A DNA stretch of 42,802 bases. Source: Chiloscyllium plagiosum. Its lineage: Eukaryota. The notes beneath the pieces were generated by a model. The model ran no database searches and was not told the DNA's origin. It was given only the letters and a program-made list of their open reading frames with translations. The position numbers and the translations under genes are program-made. Numbering within the stretch: position 1 is the stretch's first letter; every line of letters starts with the position of its first letter. The stretch spans positions 69,206,346-69,249,147 of the forward strand of contig NC_057718.1 in assembly GCF_004010195.1 (NCBI RefSeq), written 5' to 3'. This document shows positions 35,030 through 42,802 of the stretch, one piece after another.

Positions 35030-36470
35030 GAAGGCAATAGATTTCCCACCTGAGTTACCCTGTTCTGTCAAAGCATAGAGATGTTTTCTGGACCAATCAT
35101 TCAATATTGAGCTAGCTTAGAAATAGTCCTTAAGATTAAAATTGCTACAGCAATAAAAGCCTCCCCATTAACCATCTTAAAAATTGTAAGAAAACATCGG
35201 GGGATGATGGTGGTATAATCATGAGACGAGAAATCCAGAGATGTGCGACCTTTTTTTTCCACTCATGGGAAGAGGGCTGGGTAGGAGTTATTGTCCATCC
35301 TCTTTGCCCTTGAGACAATGGTGGTGAGCTGCCTTCCTGAACCTTTGCAGTCCAGGTTTGAATCATGCCATGGTAAGTTGTAGAATTTGAATTCAAGCAA
35401 AACAAATCTGGAATTAAGAGTCTGATGATGACCATAAAACCATTCTTGATTGTCGGAAAATCTCATCTGGTTCCACCTTTAGGGGAGGAAACTGCTTCCC
35501 TTATCTGGTCTGAGCTACATGTGAATCCAGAGCCATGGCAATATACAATCAGGGATGGGTAATAAGTGCTAGCTAACAAGTGACACCTACGTGCTGTGAA
35601 TGTTTGGAAAAAAACTCAAATATCACTTATGACCGAAACTCAGTTCTGAATATATTCCATCTGGAATTCACATCCCCAGTTTCATGTTCAGCAGAGTTAG
35701 CCAACAAAATAATGAAGCCTATGACAGCACTCACTCCAATAGTAGTATTCTGCTAGCACCTCTGATACAACTGCCAGTGTGAAATTATACTAATGGGTGC
35801 CATTCGTCCACCATTGGCATGGCATACAGTATAAGCAAGCCTAGCAAGCAATGTGAATGATGCGGTCTCATATGTACACTCAGCCTTCAGTACAATATGC
35901 ATAACAAATGGAAACAGAGGACACTGGAACAATCAGTGCAGAAAGCATAGCCTGAAACAAATGGTTTGACTTCAATTACAAGCCACAAGCAGAGACCAGA
36001 CTGGTACAGAATCCTAAACAATCAAAATTGCATAACAAATAGTGTCAACACAAGATCCATTAACTGTCTAACGAACCTAAACAGTCAGATAATGATGATG
36101 ATGACCAGATCATCGACACAAAAAGTGAGCCAATTTTCAGCACAGTGAGCATAAAAAAAATTGGCACAGTATTCCCAAAATCCAGATTAAATGCTCACAG
36201 ATGAACAGACAGTATAACCTAATTGCAAAGCTGGATGCCAGTCAGAATATCCTTCCACATTGTACAATAAAATGCATGCATTTACAGAAGTGGCAAGAGA
36301 CCATTGCCAATCTCATCATATATAGTGGCTCAGAGATTTCATCCTCAGGGTCTATTACACCCAAGTATTGGTATGAAAATTCACTCCAAATAGCTTATGT
36401 TGTGCATTCCACAAGTTCAGTATTCGGAGGCCTACTGGATATCGAAGGCAGTGAAACACAATGATGCCTG
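35030..36470 (+). mobile_element. Second decayed Gypsy gag-protease remnant (same family as 24171-25830), split by a SINE
   Basis: LKIKIA, AELANKIMKPMTALTPI, AFSTICITNGNRGHWNNQCR (knuckle), YNLIAKLD--ASQNILP...IYSGSEI..GSIT...YVV (protease). Confidence 0.7.
35200..35614 (+). mobile_element. tRNA-derived SINE with LINE-like tail, containing an inverted tail fragment
   Basis: B box-like ggtttgaatc at 35356; tail gggatgggtaataagtgctagc...A-run matches 7475-7535; 35250-35355 is the reverse complement of that tail. Confidence 0.6.
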
Positions 36471-36749
36471 AATCAGCTCAGTAATTGACATTATAACTTT
36501 AGTTCTATTTATATATTGCTTTATTTTCAAACAAAGAACCATCATTTTATTCACCAATCCTGGTGTATGATTGGTATGCTTACATCAAAGAGAAGAGTGC
36601 AATTGTTTCCTGATTTCTTGGCGTGCTTCCATGACAGCTGTTGTATTTCCTGAATGAATATACCTAAGTTTTGCTGATAATAAACACTAAAGAGTTTAAT
36701 GCATTTTAAAATATATCTGCCTTTCTGTTCTTATTATTCAAGCGAATAA

Positions 36750-37390
36750 CTTTACACTTGTCAACACTATATGCAATCTGTCATCTTGTTACGTATTCAC
36801 CAAACTGTCTATGTCTCTCTGCAGTCTCTGTGTTCTGCCCACAGTTTACATTCCCACCCAGCTTTGTATTGTCACCCAATCTGTGTGCAATATTCTCAGA
36901 CTCTTTCTCTATGTTATTAATAGGAATTATAAACATGAGGCCCAAATATTAACATTCATAGTAACTGACTGATGCAGCCTGCCAACCCGAAAATATGCAT
37001 TTATTTTAATTCCATGTTTTTGTCTATTAACCAAACCTCAATTCATGTCAATATATTCTTTGAGTCTTAAATTTTAGGTATCAACTTCTTACATAGCATG
37101 TTTTCAAATGCTTTCTGGAAATCCAAATACTCTACATTCACTAATTTCCCCTTATTTGTCTAACAGGTTACAGCCTTTAAAATTTCCAACAGGTTCATGA
37201 TTTCCCTTTCAGAAATGTATGCTGACTCTGGTTAATCATTCTTATTACCACATTCTTAATAATGGTTCCAGTCTTTTGGTTACTGATGTTAAGAGGCTAT
37301 CTGGCCATTTTCTCTTTTCCTTTGTTCTCATGTCATGAGATTAAATTTGCTACCTTCCAAATTTTGGAAACAGTTTTAGAATCAGTGAAA
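36750..37390 (-). mobile_element. Old, decayed CR1-type LINE RT fragment
   Basis: Minus strand DFQKAF (tttggatttccagaaagcatttg), GDNTKLGG (FADDTKLGG remnant). Confidence 0.65.
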
Positions 37391-37439
37391 TTCTGTTTAT
37401 TTATTGAAGCATTTATTGCAATATTACATTGTTGTGGCC

Positions 37440-39370
37440 ACCAAACAGGCTTTGACAATGTTCCAAATGGTATCAAGTTACAAATAGCTTGATACTGGAT
37501 AAAGAGGAAATGAGAGAGGTATAACAAGTATAAAGGGATAAAAATAACGGAGGGCTTAGAGAAGTATAGGAAGTATGGGGAGGATCTCAAAAAAGCAAGT
37601 AGGATAGCAAAGAAGGGGTATGAGAGATTGCTTGTTGCCAAGAATAAGGAGAATCTCAAAATATTGTACAAGTATATAAAGGGGAAAAGAATAATCTAGG
37701 AAAAATTAGGGCCCATAAAGGACCAAGTGACAATCTGTGCATGAAAATGGAGGACATTGGTAGTGTTAATTTGTACATCTGTTTTTTGCTCGGGATAAGT
37801 AGGATGCAAGTATAGAATTCAAGAAGATGGAGTGTGAAATTCTTGAGCAGATTAATAAAAAGTGAAGAACTATTAAATGTTTTGGCAGATTTAAAAATTG
37901 ACAAATCCCTGTTCAGACAAGTTGTAACCAGTCTATTGTGAGAGATGAGGGTGGAAATTACAGGGGCCTAAGCTCAAATTTTTGATTTACCTCTGGTCAT
38001 AGGGGAAGTGCCAGATGACTAGAGGACAGCTAATGTGATTCCACTTTTCAAGAAGGATGGCAGAAATAGACCAGGGACCTGTAGTAAGGGTAACATCAGT
38101 GATAAGGAAACTCCTGGAGAAAACAGTGAAGGAGAAAATTAATTTCTATTTAAAGAGGCAAGGTTTGGTCAGGAATAATCAGCATGATGTTTTTCGAGGG
38201 ATGTCTTGCCTATCAAATCGGGTGGAATTTTTTGACAGATAGCCAAGTGTTTAGATGAGAGTAGAGCAGTTGGTGTACTTTGTATGGATTTTAGCAATGC
38301 CGTTGACAAGCTCTCACATGGAGTACTAATAAAGAAGGTAAAGCTCATCTGCAAGATGGATCCAAAATTGCTTTTGTGATAGGTCACCAAGTGTGATGGT
38401 AGAAGACAATTGACTGGCCAGTGTGCGGTAGCATACCACGGGGATCAGTGTTTATGATACTCATAAATGACGTAGATGAGAATGTGAGAGGGATGATGAG
38501 TAAGTTTGTGGATGTCACAAAAATTGGCCAGGTGCTTGACATTGAGGAGTTAAGGTTACAGGAGGATATAAATGGATTGGTCAGATAGGCAGATCAGTGT
38601 TTATTTAAGCTTGATAAATGTGAAGTGATGCACTCCTGAATAAGGAACAAGACAAGGGAGTACTCAATAAGTGGCAAAACACTTGGAAGCTCAGAGGAAC
38701 TGTGGACTTTGGGGTGCTTGTCCATAGATCCCTGAAGGTGGCAGGCCAGGTTAATAAGGTAATTAAGAAGGCATATGGGACACATGGCTTTGTCAGTCAT
38801 GGTATAGCTTGTAAGGGGAGAGAGATCATGTTGGCACTGAACAGAACTTTGGTTAGGCTGCAGATTGATTAGTGTGTGCAGTTCTGATTACCACATTATA
38901 GGAAGAACTTGATTGCACTTAAGGGGGAGCAGAAGAGATTCTTCAGGATTTTGCCTGAGATGGAGCAAGCCAGCTATGAGGAGAGGCTAGATAAGCTTGG
39001 GTTGCTTTCTTCAGAGCAGAGAAGTTTGAAGAGGGCCCTGAGTTGCATAAAATTATGAGAGGGATAGATAGAGTGATAAAAAAAAGCTGTTCCCCTCAAT
39101 TGAAGGGTCAATAACAAGGAAACATAATTTTAAAGTGAAAAATAGGATTTGAAGGGATTTGAAGAGAAGTATTTTCACCCAGAGTTAGTGGGGGTCTGGA
39201 ATACACCACGTGAGAGTGTGTTGAACCAGGAAACCTTAGATCCTTTAAAAAGTAATTGGATGAGCACATAAAGTGTCATAACGAAAGGCTATTGGCCTAA
39301 TGTAGAGTAGTGGGGTGAGGGTACAGACTTGATGGGCCATAGGGCCTCTTCTGGGCTGTATGATTCTATG
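37440..39370 (+). mobile_element. CR1/HER1-type LINE ORF2 to 3' end, decayed
   Basis: ANVIPLFKK, MDFSNAVDK, SKFVDVTKIG, TLVRLQ, SYEERLDKLG; tail gggccatagggcctcttctgggctgtatgattctatg. Confidence 0.88.
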
Positions 39371-39632
39371 GTACTGCCTGATGATATTGTTTTCTTGACA
39401 TTTATGCAAGATGATGGTCACACAACAAATCATAGAGATGAAGTGGCTTCTTATGATGCACTTTTGTTAATGGCTGAAGAGATTAGTCTGTGAGGGGCAG
39501 CTCCTGTTACAAATTTCCCAAGAGTGTGGTATAGTCTTGGCTCTTGTTGCCAAACTGCAGTGACCACTGTTTGTTATGGTAATGTGTACTAGTTCACATG
39601 TAATGCTACCTATTAATGTCTCCCATGTTTTG

Positions 39633-40040
39633 TTAAAAATCACACAACACCAGGTGTTGTGCTGTTCCTTCATCAGAAATGGTCCAGATGAATTTGAGGG
39701 CAGGATGGAAGTGTTGATGAAATTGGTGAACCGCTTGAGCTCCTTGTGGGAGGCAGCACCGATACAGTAATCAATACAGCAGAGGTAGAGGTGAGGGATG
39801 GTGCCGGTGTAGCTGCAGAAGAGAGATTGTTGCACGACTCCTACAAAGAGGCAGGCATAGCTCGAGCACATGTAGGTGCCCATGGCTACCCCTTTGGTTT
39901 GTAGGATATGTGAGGAATCAAATGAGTATGAGGATTCCGAAAGCTAGTATTTCCAAATAAACCTGTTGGACTATAACCTGGTGTTGTGTGATTTTTAACT
40001 TTGTCCTCTCCAGTCCAACACCAGCACCTCCTCATTATGG
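39633..40040. mobile_element. Composite PLE insertion: terminal-repeat pieces in inverted orientation flanking a minus-strand RT fragment
   Basis: GVAMGTYMCSSYACLFVG...CIDY; ends match 18240-18335; TSD ccatgttttg at 39623-39632 and 40044-40053. Confidence 0.85.
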
Positions 40041-40074
40041 CTTCCATGTTTTGGGCATTTTATATATTATCTCG

Positions 40075-40300
40075 CTTCAGTTACTGTACCATACAGAAAA
40101 TCCTTGGGTATGTGACCATATTTCATTCTGTGAATGTGTCCACACCAGTGAAGTGACATCAGCTTGATGAAAGCCAACATACTTCAGAGCTGCAGCATTT
40201 GTGATTTCATTCTTCCATGAGATTCCCGGAATATGTGACAAGTAACAAAAATGAAGTTGAGTTTCCTTTTTTGATTGCTTTAAATCATCCACATTTTACA
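40075..40300 (-). mobile_element. RTE-clade LINE C-terminal fragment
   Basis: HFCYLSHIPGISWKNEITN...W.GH.HRM..GHIPKDFLYG resembles RTE CLRRILGISWQDKVTN...RWLGHV.RM..GRIPK.LLYGEL. Confidence 0.7.
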
Positions 40301-40325
40301 GCAATCAAACAAGGTCTCCACGGTG

Positions 40326-40631
40326 GGTGGCATGGTGGCACAGTGGTTAGCACTGCTGCCTCACAGCGCCAGAGACCTGGGTTCAGTTCCCGCCTCAGGC
40401 GGCTGACTGTGTGGAGTTTGCACATTTTCCCTGTGTCTGCGTGGGTTTCCGCCAGATGCTCCAGTTTCCTCCCACAGTCCAAAGATGTGCAGGTTAGGTG
40501 AATTGGCCATGCTAAATTGCCCATCATGTTAGGTGCAGGGGTAAATGTAGTGGGATGGGTCTGGGTGGGTTGTGGTTCGGTGTGGACTTGTTGGGCCGAA
40601 GGGCCTGTTTCCACACTGTAAGTAATCTAAT
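40326..40631 (+). mobile_element. HE1-type tRNA-derived V-SINE
   Basis: A box tggcacagtgg, B box ggttcagttcc, conserved core, tail gggccgaagggcctgtttccacactgtaagtaatctaatc. Confidence 0.92.
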
Positions 40632-40649
40632 CAAAAAAAGACTTGATTG

Positions 40650-41825
40650 TTCCCCACCACCTATTTCTATCTCCGACTCAAGCTCCAACCGTCTCAGTCG
40701 ACCCATTGTCTATGCCTTCTCCTGCCCCACCAAGCTCATCTCCTCGATTCTGTTCTTTCCCTTTTGGTCCAAAAACTCCCCACCTACATTTGACCCATAA
40801 CCCATGCCCTGCACCTCTTCAAAAACTTTCAATTCTCTGGACCCCAGCACCTCATCTTTACCATGGACTTAGAGATCTTTTAACTTGTATCGCCCACATG
40901 GGGGGGGGCCTAAAAGCCCACTGCTTTTTCTCCCATAGGCTTAACCTGTTCCTCTCCACTGACAGCCTCATTTGATTCCTCCCACTTCCTATAAACCAAA
41001 AGGCCAGCATGGGCCCGAGTTATGCCTGCCTCTTTGTAGGAGTCATGGAACAGTCTCTCTTCTACACCGGCACCATCCCTCACCTCTTCCTCTGCTGTAT
41101 TGATTACTGTATCAGTGCTGCCTCGGGTTCCTGCGAGGAGCTCGAGCAGTACACTAACTTCGCCCACACCTTCCACTCTGCCCTCAACTTCATTTGGACC
41201 ATTTCTGACATCTCCCTCTCCTTCCTGGACCTCTCCGTATCCATCTCTGGAGACTAACTCACCACTGATACCTATTTCAATCACACTGACTCCCACAACT
41301 ACCTTGACTCATATCAACCAGCCTCCTGCAAAAATGTTATCTCATACACCCAATCTTCCGCCTCCACCACATCTGCTCCCAGGATGAGACGTTCCACTCC
41401 AGGACATCCCAGATATCTGCCTACTTTAGGGACTTAGTTTCCCATCCTCAGTAATTAAGGATGCTCTCAACTGCATCTCCTCCATCTCTCGCATTTCTGT
41501 CCTCAAACCTGCCCCCAACAACAATAAAGATAGAGCCCTCTTAGTCCTCACATGCCACCCCGCCAACCTTTGAATTCAACGCATCATTCTCTGACATTTC
41601 TGCCACCTACAATCAGACTCACCAGCAAAAAGATATTTCCTTCCCCATCCCTGTCCGCTTTCCGCTGCAACCACTCACTTCGTGATTTCCTCGTCAACTC
41701 TACACTCTTCACCAACTTCTCCACCACATTCAGTACCTTTCCCTGCAACTGCAAGACATACAACACCTGCCACTCATCTCCCCTCTCACCTCTGTCCAAG
41801 GCTCTAAACAATTCTTCAATCTGGT
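40650..41825 (+). mobile_element. Neptune-like PLE RT remnant with deletions
   Basis: MGPSYACLFVG...FLCCIDY...LNFIWTISD.SLSFLDLSVS; TFPCNCKT linker; colinear with 16980-17870. Confidence 0.85.
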
Positions 41826-41864
41826 GAAACTCCTTCTTTGTGATTCACTCAGCTACAAGAGACG

Positions 41865-42802
41865 TGAAGGTGACTTAAGGCTGTTTTGGAAATTGGCAGA
41901 TACGATATCGTGGGGATAACTGAGACGTGGCTTCAAGTGGACAGGGCCTGGGAAATGAATATTCAAGGCTACGCGTGCTGTTGTAAGGACAGACTGACGG
42001 GCAGAGGAGGTGGGATGGCCATGTTGGTAAGGGATGATATTCAGTCCCTTGCTCGGGTGGACCTAGAATTTGGAGATGTAGAGTCAGTGTGGCTAGAGCT
42101 GAGAAATACTAAGGGTAAAAAGACCCTCTTGGGAGTTATCTACAGGCCCCCAAACAGTAGTCTGGAAGTCGGATGTAAGTTAAATCAGGAGCTGAAATTG
42201 GCCTGTCGCAAAGATGTTACTACAGTTGTTATGGGGGGTTTCAACATGCAGGTAGACTGGGAGAATCAGGATGGTATTGGACCTCAAGAAAGAGACTTTG
42301 TGGAGTGCCTCAGAGATGGATTCTTAGAACAGCTGGTGCTGGAGCCTACCAGGGAGAAGGCAATTCTGGATCTGGTATTGTGAAACGAACCAGAATTGGT
42401 CAGGGACCTCGAAGTGAAGGAGCCATTGGGAAGTAGTGACCATAACACAATAAGCTTCAATCTGCAATTTGAAAGGGAGAGGATACAATCGGTAGTGACA
42501 ATATTCCAGTTGAATAAAAGGAACTATGGAGTTATGAGGGAGGAGCTGGCCAAAGTTCAATGGTGCAATACCTGAGCAGGGATGACAGTGGAGGAATGGC
42601 AGATATTTTTGTGTATAATGCAGAAGATGCAGGATCAGTTCATTCCAAAAAGGAAGAAAGATCCTAGGAAGAGGCATGGGTGGCCGTGGCTGACGAGGGA
42701 AGTTAAGAAACATATAAAGTTAAAAGAGAAAAAATATAACATAGCAGAGATAAGTGGGAAAACGGAGGACTGGGAAGCTTTTAAAGAACAACAGAGGATT
42801 AC
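41865..42802 (+). mobile_element. CR1-type LINE ORF2 APE endonuclease domain (relatively young; runs off the window)
   Basis: IVGITETWL, RGGG, GVIYRPPNS, MGGFN (GDFN), EPTREKAILDLVL*, LGSSDHN; premature stop at 42381. Confidence 0.92.

Noticed and set aside
35422..35445. CTGATGA...AAAAC resembling a hammerhead core
   Set aside because: No stem II pairing, no GAAA and no palindromic stem III; lies in a SINE body
40326..40400. tRNA-like A and B boxes (also near 25010-25070)
   Set aside because: SINE heads continuing into the V-SINE core and LINE tail; not tRNA genes

Overview
Repeat-dominated eukaryotic DNA, almost certainly from a shark or other elasmobranch (HE1-type V-SINEs, HER1/CR1-type LINEs; species not determinable here). 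I found no intact host gene, rRNA, tRNA or CRISPR array. There is a 500-N assembly gap at 10644-11143. The window is a nest of decayed mobile elements: many CR1-type LINE fragments, Penelope-like elements (PLEs) of Poseidon-like and Neptune-like type, a near full-length Tx1-clade LINE (minus strand, ~19321-24170), two remnants of one Gypsy family, a Tigger/pogo transposase fossil, an RTE fragment and several SINEs. The most notable signal is RNA-level. The PLE terminal repeats carry minimal type-I hammerhead ribozyme motifs (CUGANGA-stem II-GAAA-palindromic stem III-NUH) in at least four sequence variants with covarying stems. The junctions of several short TSD-flanked fold-back, deleted or composite PLE derivatives fall inside or next to the ribozyme motif. 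All calls come from manual motif reading and translation, not database searches. Boundaries are approximate unless defined by a TSD.
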